Below, in pieces: positions 54,297 through 63,868 of a stretch of 64,000 nucleotides of DNA. The notes under the pieces are model-generated. The model was not told where the DNA came from. It searched no databases and saw nothing but the letters and a program-made list of their open reading frames with translations. The translations under genes were made by a program, and so were the position numbers. The stretch is from a virus (lineage: Duplodnaviria > Caudoviricetes): IMG/VR virus record IMGVR_UViG_3300037755_000987, positions 23,416-87,415 of that record; one strand, 5' to 3'. Numbering within the stretch: position 1 is the first letter of the stretch; each line of letters begins with the position of its first letter.

Positions 54297-54773
54297 TCAG
54301 CCACGGCCGTCGTCGAGCGGCTCCCCCGAACCGGCGCCGCCATCGCAGTCCGGCTCCGCGCACTGGCCCTCCCCGCCAATCGGCAATGAGCCCGGCGCGG
54401 TGAGGCACTCGATCGACTGCAGCTCGAGACCGAGATCCGCGTCCGACCTGGTGGCGAGGATGCCGGCTCCAAGCCCTTCGGCACAGATCTGCGTAGAGGT
54501 CGTCGTCACCCCGTCCGTGCTGCTGGCGACGTGGACCTGATCGCAGGTGCGCAGCCACATCTTCGACCACGGCTCGCAGAACGAGCTCCCGCTTTCGACC
54601 GGGCACGAGTAGGGGACGTCGGCTCCGCTGTCCGCCGACCGGACCACGACCTCCTGAGCTGTCATGGTGCCGTTGATGAAGGTGACCGAGTCGCCGACGA
54701 CGTGCCCGACGATGTCGCTGGCCCAAGCGGGCAAGGCAAGAACAACGGCGAGGACTCCAAGGAACGCTTTCAC
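54297..54773 (-). CDS. Exported Cys-containing protein
   Basis: AAGGAG RBS, GTG start; signal peptide KAFLGVLAVVLALPAWA. Confidence 0.7.
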   Translation of the reverse strand: MKAFLGVLAVVLALPAWASDIVGHVVGDSVTFINGTMTAQEVVVRSADSGADVPYSCPVESGSSFCEPWSKMWLRTCDQVHVASSTDGVTTTSTQICAEGLGAGILATRSDADLGLELQSIECLTAPGSLPIGGEGQCAEPDCDGGAGSGEPLDDGRG

Positions 54774-54815
54774 GTGGTTCTCCTTCGGTGTGGTGGTTGT
54801 CATGCGTGTTCTCGG

Positions 54816-55523
54816 TCAGCGGCCGTCGCTGTCGACCGGCTCCTCGCTGTTGGTGGCGCAGCCGAGCTCGCACCACACGACCCACTCCGGCAGGAAGTGC
54901 TCGTTGGGGAGGACCTGAGCCCGGAGGGTCTGCCAGGGGCCGATGATCTTCGACGGCGCGCCGCTGATCTCCTCACCCGCGACCACCTCGACGGTGCTCG
55001 TGCCCGGCGCCTTCTGCGTGAGCATCACGACGGTTCCCAGCTCCACCGCGGCCGCCACCTCGAGCGTGATGGTCAGCGAGCCGACGACCATGAAGTGCTG
55101 CCAGGGCAGCTTGAGCCGGTTGGCGTCGAGGATGGTGTCGGTCGAGATCACGCCGACCGGCATCCGTCCCATCGCTTGGCCGGCAACCAACTCCGGGCCG
55201 TGCTCGTCGCTGTGGACGTAGACCAGGCCGGGGAACGTGACGCCGGCGAAGCCAGCGTCGACGAAGGTGAAGTTGCCCTCGGCCGGCTGCTCGAAGGTCC
55301 AGGAGAGGCCGTTCCAGGTGGCCCACTGGTGTTCGTGGCCGGCCCAGCTCCCCGACGCCGGCGCTGCGACAAGGAACGTCGTACCGGACGCGAGAATGGA
55401 AGGAGGACTCGATCGAACCTGGAAGACCCTCTTCATCAGCATCACCTCGACGGCGCCGGCGGCCGGCAGGGCGGCGAGAACGAACAGGGCGAGGGCTACG
55501 GTGTAGGTCACGAAACGGCGCAT
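54816..55523 (-). CDS. Exported protein with DUF2793-like segment
   Basis: AAGGAG RBS; signal peptide; PP...GTTFLVAAPASGSWAGHEHQWATW...WTFEQPAEG. Confidence 0.65.
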   Translation of the reverse strand: MRRFVTYTVALALFVLAALPAAGAVEVMLMKRVFQVRSSPPSILASGTTFLVAAPASGSWAGHEHQWATWNGLSWTFEQPAEGNFTFVDAGFAGVTFPGLVYVHSDEHGPELVAGQAMGRMPVGVISTDTILDANRLKLPWQHFMVVGSLTITLEVAAAVELGTVVMLTQKAPGTSTVEVVAGEEISGAPSKIIGPWQTLRAQVLPNEHFLPEWVVWCELGCATNSEEPVDSDGR

Positions 55524-55634
55524 GGTGGTTCTCCTTGGCTCTCCGGCCCGCACGCCGGAGGCGCTGCTGTAGGGAGGAAGGGTGGCGCTGGGGTGCGGCC
55601 AGCCCCGGACAGAGGATGCAATCGGTCGGCCGCC

Positions 55635-56015
55635 TCAGTTCCCCTGCGACGCCACAGGCGCGAACCTACCACCCCGGTCGCGCACGTCATGATACTGCCA
55701 CGGCACCAAGTGGGTCAGCAGCATCAGGCGAGCGCGCAGCGCCCGGGCATGCTCGGCCGAGAGCTCGTCCTCGAGGTCCCAGACACCGCCGGCCGGCACC
55801 GGCGGGCTGGGCTGGTTGTCCCCGCGGTACTCCGCCGGCCCCTCACCGGAAAGCGCCAGGAGCTCACGCTCGAGCGCCGCGATGAACTTGTTGACGTCGC
55901 GGCAGTGCGGCCGGCAGACCTCGCGTGGCGTCTTCCCCTCGCTCGGCGGCAGGGTACCGACCACAGACCGAGCACCGATCCTGCTCCGGGCAGGTACCCG
56001 CCTGGATTGGAGCAA
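55635..56015 (-). CDS. Hypothetical protein (start uncertain)
   Basis: Fills the gap in the leftward operon; VNKFIAALERELLAL helix. Confidence 0.45.
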   Translation of the reverse strand: MLQSRRVPARSRIGARSVVGTLPPSEGKTPREVCRPHCRDVNKFIAALERELLALSGEGPAEYRGDNQPSPPVPAGGVWDLEDELSAEHARALRARLMLLTHLVPWQYHDVRDRGGRFAPVASQGN

Positions 56016-56702
56016 TCATGCGCCACCACCCGTCAAGCCGTTGTCCTCCAGCACGCCCACCGCCCGCTCCACCCGGTCCCAGCGGGTGCGGTCGCCCTCC
56101 CGGGCGTCCGGGTGGTTCTGGACCCGCGCCGTCCTGATCGCGGCTCGGACGGTTTCAGGCACCTCCGAATCGAGCAGTGAGCCCGAAAGCGTCTCGATCT
56201 CGCGCATGGCGGCTTCGACCGTGGTCGGCCCGGTCGAGGGCGGCAGGGCCTTGAAGCCGCGGAACGACGCCGTGACGATCGCCCGCGACCCCCAGCGCTC
56301 CAGCCCACGCAGCGCGGCGATCGACAACCCGATCGCGTAGAGGTTGTCGGCGACGCGGAGCCAGCGGTCGTTCGGGATCGCCTGGTCCTGGCCGTCCAGT
56401 TTGAAGTAGACGACGACGCCCGGGTCGCTCGGCCGGGCATCGTCCTGGCCGGCGCGACGCCGGCCGTCGATCCGCACGGCGAGGTTGGTCGAGATCCGGA
56501 CCGGACCCTTGGCACCGAGCCGTTCGAGCTCCTCGAGGAGGAACTGCTCGGCCGCGGCCATCGTGGCTCCCTGCGCGCCGCGGCGAGAGCGGCCGTAGGA
56601 GAAGCGGGCATCCTCGCGGCTCTTGCTGCGCGGCCACCCCGCCGGCCAGGTCAACGGCTCGACGAATTCGGCGCTCAGCACGCCATGGAATCGGTGGCTC
56701 AC
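56016..56702 (-). CDS. Phage J-domain (DnaJ-like) protein
   Basis: PLTWPAGWPRS...ISTNL...DPGVVVYF...DRW..VADNL.AI...ALRGLERWG...FRGFKALP; C-terminal HPD. Confidence 0.82.
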   Translation of the reverse strand: MSHRFHGVLSAEFVEPLTWPAGWPRSKSREDARFSYGRSRRGAQGATMAAAEQFLLEELERLGAKGPVRISTNLAVRIDGRRRAGQDDARPSDPGVVVYFKLDGQDQAIPNDRWLRVADNLYAIGLSIAALRGLERWGSRAIVTASFRGFKALPPSTGPTTVEAAMREIETLSGSLLDSEVPETVRAAIRTARVQNHPDAREGDRTRWDRVERAVGVLEDNGLTGGGA

Positions 56703-57532
56703 GCGCGCACCTCGCAATAGATCTCGGCTCCCGCGCCGAGCGGCCGGCCCCACGTACGGAGCGCGACCTGGTTGGCGGTCCGCAGAAGCTCCGCACGCGA
56801 GGAGCCCCGCGCTGCAGCACCGGGAGCCTCTGCATCGCCGTCGACCAGCCGGAAGCGGACGGCGCCGGTGCCCTCCGCGGCCGCGGGGAGGTTGAAGACG
56901 CGGACCGCTGGCGGCTTCCAGACCTGCCGCGGACCGAGGTCCGAGACGGCGACCTCGACGCGGGGATTCCAGGGCTCCATCCAGGACCGGCGGCTGCTGC
57001 CGTGCCCGTTGATCCAGTGGTCGGTCTGGATGAGGCCCGCGTCCTCGAGCAGGTCCCATACCGCCTCCTGGAAGTTGATGAGGTCGCCACGCTGCCCCTG
57101 CGCCATGTAGACGACGACCTCGACCTCGACCAGGTGGCCGTCGGCGACGAGCGGCCGCGGGCACTGCGCCGCCTTCGCGGCCTTCAGAGCTTGCCGGTGC
57201 CAGGTCTGATGCGACGTCGGCGGCTGGATCCGCGGCGCCACCCTGCCTGACGCCTCGACGAGCCGCCGGCGGACGCCGGAGGGGTCCCGCGGGAGGTTCT
57301 CGGCTGCCCACTGGATCAGGTCCTCCGGGCTCGAGACGAGACGCGGCACCCGTTGCGGATTGCGGCCACGCTCGGCCGCGCGAGTGCGGGCCCGGGCAAG
57401 CTGGCCGATGCTCTTCGGCAGGCGAAGGGCCAGCAGGCCCGGGAACGTCACCCGGCCGCTGGTCTTCTTGCCCGCCGCCTCGCCTGGCAGGGTGAGCCGG
57501 GCGACAAGCCGTGGTTCTGGGCGGTTGCTCAT
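56699..57532 (-). CDS. RusA-like Holliday junction resolvase
   Basis: RGDLINFQEAVWDLLEDAGLIQTDHWI...NPRVEVAV. Confidence 0.7.
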   Translation of the reverse strand: MSNRPEPRLVARLTLPGEAAGKKTSGRVTFPGLLALRLPKSIGQLARARTRAAERGRNPQRVPRLVSSPEDLIQWAAENLPRDPSGVRRRLVEASGRVAPRIQPPTSHQTWHRQALKAAKAAQCPRPLVADGHLVEVEVVVYMAQGQRGDLINFQEAVWDLLEDAGLIQTDHWINGHGSSRRSWMEPWNPRVEVAVSDLGPRQVWKPPAVRVFNLPAAAEGTGAVRFRLVDGDAEAPGAAARGSSRAELLRTANQVALRTWGRPLGAGAEIYCEVRA

Positions 57533-58050
57533 GCGGCCTCGGACTCGTCCTGCTCCTGCTCGCCGCGCTCGAACTCGAGGATGAACTGCTCGGGCTCCTC
57601 GATCGCCTGACGCAGCTTGCGCAGCTCGCCGATCTCGGCCAGCAGCCCGGGGTTGCGCGCGATCACGTGCGGGTGGACCGAGAGCGACGGCCGCAGCTCT
57701 TCGTAAAGCTGGCGCTCGCCCTTCTGCGTCTGCATGGTGGTGGTGCCCCCGGACTTCGCCGCCACCTGGGACAGGAAGTGGTCGATCAGTCCGCGGCGAC
57801 CCTCCGCCTTCATGCTGTCCCACAGCGCGCGGTTGATCTGCAGAACGATGTCGGCGGCCGACAGCCACCAGAGGATCTCGGTGGCGGTGTTGATCTTGCC
57901 CCAGGCGTTGAGGGGCTTCGCCCGCTGCCAGAACATCTCGATCGTCGCGCCGGCGAGGTTGGGGTGGTGGGCCTTGACCACCGACTTGACGACGTCGATG
58001 ACGCCCTTGTCGACGATCGGCTCGAGGCTGGACTCCTTGCTCTCGGACAT
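57529..58050 (-). CDS. Putative phage metallopeptidase-like protein (degenerate)
   Basis: HHPNLAGATI...DIVLQINRALWD...RRGLIDHFL; GGAGG RBS. Confidence 0.55.
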   Translation of the reverse strand: MSESKESSLEPIVDKGVIDVVKSVVKAHHPNLAGATIEMFWQRAKPLNAWGKINTATEILWWLSAADIVLQINRALWDSMKAEGRRGLIDHFLSQVAAKSGGTTTMQTQKGERQLYEELRPSLSVHPHVIARNPGLLAEIGELRKLRQAIEEPEQFILEFERGEQEQDESEAA

Positions 58051-58141
58051 GGTTCGCTTCCTCCTCCACCGCTCCGGTGCCGGTGCGGGCGGGGTCAAGA
58101 GGTCTGGGGGCGGAGGCACCTCCGATGACTCGACGCCCAGG

Positions 58142-58172
58142 ATTGTACATCGGCGCCCACTTCCATTACAAT
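58142..58172. promoter_or_regulatory. Overlapping divergent promoters
   Basis: + strand TTGTAC-18-TACAAT; - strand TTGTAA-18-TACAAT; at the point where gene orientation flips. Confidence 0.65.
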
Positions 58173-58210
58173 GGGGGACGAGGAAACTACGGGCCGACAA
58201 GGAGGGAGCG

Positions 58211-58351
58211 ATGGACGTGAAGCACGGCGGCTGTTTTGACTGCGGGTCGACCGAGCAGGAGATCCTCGAGAGCGTCATGGTGCTCGCTCCGAAGATGCAG
58301 AGCATCGCCGTCTGTCGGGGCTGCAAGGCGAAGCGGGAGGCGGCGGGGTGA
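58211..58351 (+). CDS. Small zinc-finger protein
   Basis: GGAGG RBS; CFDC...CRGC. Confidence 0.65.
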   Translation: MDVKHGGCFDCGSTEQEILESVMVLAPKMQSIAVCRGCKAKREAAG

Positions 58352-58381
58352 TCCGCCGGGGAAGCGAGGGGAGGAACTGCT

Positions 58382-58409
58382 GGCCGGGGGGTCCGCACAC
58401 CCCCCGGCC
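58382..58409 (+). terminator. Perfect 11-bp hairpin (attenuator-like, no U tract)
   Basis: GGCCGGGGGGT-CCGCAC-ACCCCCCGGCC. Confidence 0.45.
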
Positions 58410-58475
58410 CTTGAGGAGGCCCAGAACCACGAAGCGCCGAGCCGTGGGCGATCGTACCACAACCCGGAGAACGAC

Positions 58476-58880
58476 TTGAAGAGCCATCTGACAACGATGT
58501 CGCGCGACGTCCACCAGCAGCTCGAGGAGGCCGTCGCCGCGCAGCGCCTGACGGGCGTTCCGTCCGCCGTCATCCTCTTCCTCGAGTCCTGCAACGGCGC
58601 CGTCGAGACGCTGGTCAGGGAGTTCTTCAACGCCTGGGCTCCGTGGAGCGAGAGCTACCAGGTGCGCGTCTCCCTGTCGCTGCCCGCAGAGCTCAAAGAC
58701 GAGATCGACCGCGCCGCCGATCGCCTCTACCTCAAGAGGCACGCGATCGTCGGCATCCTGTTGGCCGAGCACGCCGCGAACGGCGCCATCGCCAAGCGCA
58801 TCGCGCTCGGCCGCACTCTCACCACCACCAAGGAGGCACCCGCACATGCCCCGCACCGAGCAGGAGAAGCGACGTCCTAG
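58476..58880 (+). CDS. Ribbon-helix-helix (Arc/CopG-like) regulator
   Basis: GGAG-6-TTG; VRVSLSLPAELKDEIDRAADRL...RHAIVGILL. Confidence 0.65.
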   Translation: MKSHLTTMSRDVHQQLEEAVAAQRLTGVPSAVILFLESCNGAVETLVREFFNAWAPWSESYQVRVSLSLPAELKDEIDRAADRLYLKRHAIVGILLAEHAANGAIAKRIALGRTLTTTKEAPAHAPHRAGEATS

Positions 58881-60624
58881 CGACGTCGTCGAAGTCCCCG
58901 TCGAGATCGACAACATCGACGGGATCAACCCCCTCGCCCTCATTCTCCGCCACGGGATGAATGAGCTTTGGGGTCCGAACGCCTCCCGTAAGTCCCGCAC
59001 TCGAGCCGCGATCGACGAGACGATCGGGACCACCCGCAGCTACACGGTCGGCATCAGCGACGCCCGCCGCGACGGCACCGACACGCTGGTCGGCACCGCA
59101 ACGGTGGCCGGCCGCACGCTGACCATCACGCGCTCGGGAGCGGTCAGCCGCACCGGGCAGATGTTCGCCAACCTGTCGCTGGCGGACACCGGCGCCGTCT
59201 CCCGCCTGATCGACCCCGGGATCAAGGACGACGAGGCGAAGCGCCGCGAGCAAATCAAGGCCCTGCTCGAGCTGGTGCCGTTGGGCGTCACCGCCGAGCG
59301 CATCGCGGCGGTCGCCGGCGACGACGAGCCGACCATCGAGCACGTCGTCGGCCTGGTGGAGTCGAAGGGGCTGGCCGACATGCTCGGCGCTACGAAGGCC
59401 ATGCGGACGTGGGTCCAGGCGTCGGCTCGCGAGCAGGAGGAAGACGCCGAGCGGCAGGCCGCGCTGCTCGACCGGCTCGATGGCCGGCTGGTCGAGAGGG
59501 TGGAGGAAGCAAAGGGCGCCGCGGTGGTCCTGGTCGAGCCTCCGTCAGTCGGCGAGCCTACGCCGGAGGGCTGGGAGGTCCACGACGGGAGCTTCGCCCT
59601 CACGAAGACCGGAGTGCTGCGGCTCTTCGGGAAGGCCGGGGACGCGCAAGGGCGCGAGGAGGAGAAGCGCAGGGCGAGCGAGGAACTGGGCACGGTCAGG
59701 GCCGAGCGGCGCTCCTACCTCGAGGCCGTCGCCGGGCGCGAGGAGTTGCGGGGGACGCTCGACTCCAAGCCCGACCCGACGGTGGCGATCGCGCGCGCCG
59801 ACGCTCTCGCAGTGAGGGTCGCCGACCTGAACGTGAAGCTCCAGAACGAGGAGGAAGAACTGGAGCGGCTCCGCCGGGCGGTCGAGGAGAAGCAGCGCGA
59901 CGTGGCGGGCCTGCGGTCGAGTTGCGAGGAGGCTCAGACCTCGGCGGATGACGCCTTCGCACGGCGCGGCGAGCTTGTCAGCGCCGCGGAACGCTGGGAG
60001 GCCACGTCCGCCCGGCTCGACGAGCCCCTCCAGGAGGTCGGCGAGGAGGTCGTGACCGAAGCCGAGGCGATGGCGCGCCGGGCCGAGGCGTGGCTCGCGT
60101 TGGCGCGGATCGGCGAGCGGTACTTCGAGCTCCAACAGGAGGCCAAGAGCCTCCAGCAGGCGCGATCGAGGGCCGAGAAGCGCGCCGAGAAGCTGCGAGG
60201 AATCGAGCGCGGCGCGTGGGGGGCGCTCGGCGAGCTTGTCACCGCCCAGACGGACGTCCCCGAAATCACCATCAGCAACGGCTTCGTCGCCTACAGGGGC
60301 GCCGACGGCGTGCCGGTGGACTGGAACAGCAAGTACGTCTCGACCGGTCAGAGGAACAGCGCGGCGTTCCGTCTCGGCGCCCGCTGCTTCGGCGAGCATT
60401 CGATCATTCAGTTGGACGGAGGGATCTGGGAGACGCTCGAGATCGAGGAGCAGCTCCACCTCCACCGCGTCTGCCGGGAGGAGCGGATCTTCGGGTTGAC
60501 GGAGGTCGCGTCGACCAACCTGGACCGCTTGCGGCACGTTCTGGTCGGCACCGCGGAGTGGGCGGACAGCTACCGGCTGCTGGCCGAGGCGGCAGTGAAG
60601 GCGGCCGAAAGCGAGGCGGCGTGA
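58846..60624 (+). CDS. SbcC/Rad50-like coiled-coil ATPase
   Basis: NELWGPNASRKS (Walker A-like), long coiled coil, STGQR signature, IIQLDG Walker B-like. Confidence 0.7.
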   Translation: MPRTEQEKRRPSDVVEVPVEIDNIDGINPLALILRHGMNELWGPNASRKSRTRAAIDETIGTTRSYTVGISDARRDGTDTLVGTATVAGRTLTITRSGAVSRTGQMFANLSLADTGAVSRLIDPGIKDDEAKRREQIKALLELVPLGVTAERIAAVAGDDEPTIEHVVGLVESKGLADMLGATKAMRTWVQASAREQEEDAERQAALLDRLDGRLVERVEEAKGAAVVLVEPPSVGEPTPEGWEVHDGSFALTKTGVLRLFGKAGDAQGREEEKRRASEELGTVRAERRSYLEAVAGREELRGTLDSKPDPTVAIARADALAVRVADLNVKLQNEEEELERLRRAVEEKQRDVAGLRSSCEEAQTSADDAFARRGELVSAAERWEATSARLDEPLQEVGEEVVTEAEAMARRAEAWLALARIGERYFELQQEAKSLQQARSRAEKRAEKLRGIERGAWGALGELVTAQTDVPEITISNGFVAYRGADGVPVDWNSKYVSTGQRNSAAFRLGARCFGEHSIIQLDGGIWETLEIEEQLHLHRVCREERIFGLTEVASTNLDRLRHVLVGTAEWADSYRLLAEAAVKAAESEAA

Positions 60625-61007
60625 TGGACGCGAAAGTCCTGGCTGAGAAGATGAGGCGTGTCGGCACCAACATGCGAATGGCTGGGATCAGCGACGAGTC
60701 GATCCTCTTCAACATACAGGAGAGGTGGCCCGACTTCCTCGAAAACAATCCCGAATTCCGGGACTGGCTCGCCGAGCAGCCGAAACCCCCCGAGCTCGCG
60801 GCGATGGCGCCGGCGGCGAACATGGACGCCCGCCACGCCGGCGAACTCGCCGCCCTGCTGCGGTACTTCACCGACGACGTCGACTCCTACCTGTCGATGC
60901 CGACGCCGCACGGGAAGGAGCTGCTGAACCGCCACGTCCTGCGCTGCCGCAGTCGGCTCCTGACCATCGACGCGGAGTTCCTGCGGGCGACCGGGGCGTA
61001 CCGATGA
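60624..61007 (+). CDS. Hypothetical protein
   Basis: TGATG coupling. Confidence 0.6.
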   Translation: MDAKVLAEKMRRVGTNMRMAGISDESILFNIQERWPDFLENNPEFRDWLAEQPKPPELAAMAPAANMDARHAGELAALLRYFTDDVDSYLSMPTPHGKELLNRHVLRCRSRLLTIDAEFLRATGAYR

Positions 61008-61264
61008 CCGTCGAGACCTGGTACGCAGCGGGCCTCGAGCATCACGCCGATGAGTTGGAGACCGCGGCGAGGCTCACGCGGTTGCGCGCGAAACGTCTCC
61101 CCGAAATCTACCGCGGCGAGGCTCTAACCGTTTTCTCGGAGGGTATGTCCGCAGCAGCCAAGGAACTGCGGAAGGCTGCGACGCAGCTCCGGCCAACCGT
61201 CGTCATCGACCGGCGCGCCCTGTCGCGGCTCGCCAGCGTGGAAAACTCGGAGGAGCTGGCATGA
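61004..61264 (+). CDS. Hypothetical protein
   Basis: ATGA coupling. Confidence 0.55.
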   Translation: MTVETWYAAGLEHHADELETAARLTRLRAKRLPEIYRGEALTVFSEGMSAAAKELRKAATQLRPTVVIDRRALSRLASVENSEELA

Positions 61265-61773
61265 CGCGCCGCTACGACGAGCCGAAGATCGCCGGCCACG
61301 AGCACAGATGGTTTTCGATGGACTGGATCGGTGTCGCCCGGGAGCATCAGAAGTGCGCTGGCTGCGGTTGGAGTCGCTGGCGCGAGGATGCCATGGCTGC
61401 GCCGGACTCCCCCGGCTCGGAGGACGTGATGCTGGTCGACGTCTCCTCCCTGGGGCCGTGGCTCTACGTCGCCCCCGGCGACGACACGCGACCGCCCCCG
61501 GCTCGCGGACGGGAGGTTGTCGTCTGGCTCGACCCGAAGGCCGACCCGCCGCCGTTCCGGACGGCCCGCGGCAACCCGCTGCTCGGCTGGGTCAGGTACG
61601 CCGGCGGCGGCGCGGGGTCGGAGTTCTGGCTCGGCCTCCACCGCTCGAACGGCGAGTGGGTGGTGCCGCGCGGGAAGCAGCGGATCGCGCTGCCGACCAC
61701 GATCGAGGTCCTCGCCTGGTCGGAGTCGCTGCGCGGGCCGTGGCCGGACGGCGAGGAGGCAGCCGATGCCTGA
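61261..61773 (+). CDS. Hypothetical protein
   Basis: ATGA coupling after GGAGG. Confidence 0.6.
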   Translation: MTRRYDEPKIAGHEHRWFSMDWIGVAREHQKCAGCGWSRWREDAMAAPDSPGSEDVMLVDVSSLGPWLYVAPGDDTRPPPARGREVVVWLDPKADPPPFRTARGNPLLGWVRYAGGGAGSEFWLGLHRSNGEWVVPRGKQRIALPTTIEVLAWSESLRGPWPDGEEAADA

Positions 61774-62365
61774 GGTCGCGGGAACGCAAGAGCCGACACC
61801 TGTGTTCGCCGGAACGCTCGCCGGCAGGAGGTGTCGGAGGACCTCGATCTTCATCGAACAGGAGTCCAGGGCGGTCGTTGACGTCGTCGGTCGGGAGACG
61901 AAGCTGAACCTCGGCGCTGTGTCCTGGGGCGGCTCTGTCGAGGTCTTCCGTGAGATGGGCTCGCCGCTGAGCTACGGCCTGACGGTCCCTTATGAGGGAC
62001 TGATCGAGGACCGCCGACCTCCGCAAGGACGCAACCCTCTTCGCTGGTGTCGAGGCGACGTTTGCATCCGTGAACTCGAGGTCGAGAGCGACGGGCTCTT
62101 GATCCAGGTCGACGGTCTGGGCTTGCCGCAGCGAGCGCTGCCGCCGTGGTTGTACGAGCCTCGAAGGCTGGTCGGTGCCGCGCTTGGAGAGTTCGAATGC
62201 GGCGGCGATCCGGTCCCGGACCTGTTCAACGCGCTGATCGAGCTGCTGCCGGAAGGCGAGATCCGAACCGCTGTCGAACTGCTCTCGCTCCGCCGTGCGA
62301 TGGAGGACTCGTATTCCTGCGACAGCAGCGGCTTCAACGACGGCGGAGGGCTGGAGCGTGCCTGA
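61766..62365 (+). CDS. Hypothetical protein
   Basis: ATG after GAGGAGG. Confidence 0.55.
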   Translation: MPEVAGTQEPTPVFAGTLAGRRCRRTSIFIEQESRAVVDVVGRETKLNLGAVSWGGSVEVFREMGSPLSYGLTVPYEGLIEDRRPPQGRNPLRWCRGDVCIRELEVESDGLLIQVDGLGLPQRALPPWLYEPRRLVGAALGEFECGGDPVPDLFNALIELLPEGEIRTAVELLSLRRAMEDSYSCDSSGFNDGGGLERA

Positions 62366-62657
62366 GCCTTCGGCATTCACCGTCGCTGCCGCGGACGCGA
62401 AGGTCGCCATGCGCACGATGCAGGACGCGGACGGGACGCCCTACGTGGTCGCCTTCATCGCGCCGGTTGAAGAGGCGGAACCGACTCCGGCATGGATGGA
62501 GTTGGGCCGCGTCAACCTCGAGCTCGTCAAACAGGACCCGGTTCTCTGGGCCGACTTTCAGGCGATCTTCGCCGCGATGTTGACCCGACTGGTGCCGGGC
62601 TCGAAGCCGATGACGCTGCCGGCGCGCTGGCTCGGCGGCGACGGGAAGGGGAACTGA
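62358..62657 (+). CDS. Hypothetical protein
   Basis: GTG after GGAGG. Confidence 0.6.
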   Translation: MPEPSAFTVAAADAKVAMRTMQDADGTPYVVAFIAPVEEAEPTPAWMELGRVNLELVKQDPVLWADFQAIFAAMLTRLVPGSKPMTLPARWLGGDGKGN

Positions 62658-62899
62658 TGGACTTCGACGCTGTTTCGCGCGATCGGCTCGTGACCGCCGG
62701 CGTCGTGCTCGACAGGGTGCGTCAGGGCGCCGACGCCGCTCATGGCGCGTGCCCGTTCCCGCGCTTCATGCTGATGATCGGTGCGTTGATCTCCGGAGAC
62801 CCGCTGGCCTGTCGCCGCGCCTTCGCGGGGTTGGCTCCCGAATTCAAGGATGTTGTGGTGGCGGCGCTGGAAACCCCGAACGGAAAGGAGAAGGCATGA
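62657..62899 (+). CDS. Hypothetical protein
   Basis: TGATG coupling. Confidence 0.55.
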   Translation: MDFDAVSRDRLVTAGVVLDRVRQGADAAHGACPFPRFMLMIGALISGDPLACRRAFAGLAPEFKDVVVAALETPNGKEKA

Positions 62900-63300
62900 A
62901 GCACGCTCGACTTGACTACCAGCAGGCGATCGTCGACCTGCGCGACCCGGAGTTTCAGAAGGACTTTGCCGAGCGGTTGCTCTCCGAGCTCGCCGGCCGC
63001 CTCGAGGCAGCCACGAGCATCGACGGCGCCGTCGGTAACGCGCTCCGCGCCACGTTCCATTCGTTCTCGCACGGTGACCCCGGCATCCCCACCGACGAGC
63101 CGGTCTTCCTGCTACGCGCGCAGGATCAGGCCGCGCCGGCGACGGTCGAGGACTACGCGGAGTTGGCTCGTCAGCTCGGCTCGAGCGAGCTGCTGGTCGA
63201 AGCCTGCCTCGGTCAGGCGATGGCGATGGCGATGTGGCAGGAGAACGTCAAGGCGAAGGTCGCCGACCTGCCGATCGAAGAAGCGGAGGCGACTCCGTGA
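62896..63300 (+). CDS. Phage hypothetical protein
   Basis: AAGGAG RBS; DEPVFLLRAQD motif recurrent in phage proteins. Confidence 0.7.
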   Translation: MKHARLDYQQAIVDLRDPEFQKDFAERLLSELAGRLEAATSIDGAVGNALRATFHSFSHGDPGIPTDEPVFLLRAQDQAAPATVEDYAELARQLGSSELLVEACLGQAMAMAMWQENVKAKVADLPIEEAEATP

Positions 63301-63569
63301 AGCCCGCCCCGTTCGACCAGGCGACCGGCAACCTGGCACCTCCCGAGGGCTGGACGCGAGAGCAGTGCGGCGATCTTCCCTTCCACTACGACGGGCAGGC
63401 GTACGTGTCCTGCTGGGAGCCGAGCGACGAAGAGCGGCGGCTGATCGCCGAGGGCGCGCCCGTGTGGCTCTACGTCTGGGGACGGGCGCACCCGCCGGTG
63501 AAGGTCACCGCGGAGAGCCCGTGGGCCGCGGCGCCGGCGAGCGACGACGGAGAGGGAGGGGCGTCATGA
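63297..63569 (+). CDS. Phage hypothetical protein
   Basis: CGDLP...VSCWEPSDEER..IA.G..VWL.V.G..HPPV motif. Confidence 0.7.
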   Translation: MKPAPFDQATGNLAPPEGWTREQCGDLPFHYDGQAYVSCWEPSDEERRLIAEGAPVWLYVWGRAHPPVKVTAESPWAAAPASDDGEGGAS

Positions 63570-63868
63570 AGATCATCGCCAGTACCGGCCCCTGCCTCCT
63601 GGTCGAAGCGACGCGCGACGAACTGGCGAAGATCGCCGGCCACCATAGCGCCTACGGGATCAAGACGACCGCCCTCGAGATCGGTGCGGAGATCCGCGTC
63701 TCGGAAGCCTACGAGGCCGTGTCGAAGCTCCGCAGCTCGCCTCGCAGGGTCGAGGAGATCAAGAAGCTGCTGGCCGAAGTGGCGGAAGGACTGACGCCGG
63801 TAAAAGCGCTGATCGAGCCCATCGAAGCGCAGCTCAAGGACGTGACGCTGCCGGGGCGGGACGGATGA
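63566..63868 (+). CDS. Hypothetical protein
   Basis: GGAGG RBS, ATGA coupling. Confidence 0.65.
   Translation: MKIIASTGPCLLVEATRDELAKIAGHHSAYGIKTTALEIGAEIRVSEAYEAVSKLRSSPRRVEEIKKLLAEVAEGLTPVKALIEPIEAQLKDVTLPGRDG

Noticed and set aside
55635-56019. Possible frameshift joining MIAPIQ...RCSVCGR to EVCRPHC in the next frame
   Set aside because: Codon bias does not discriminate the frames and I cannot check homologues; too weak to call
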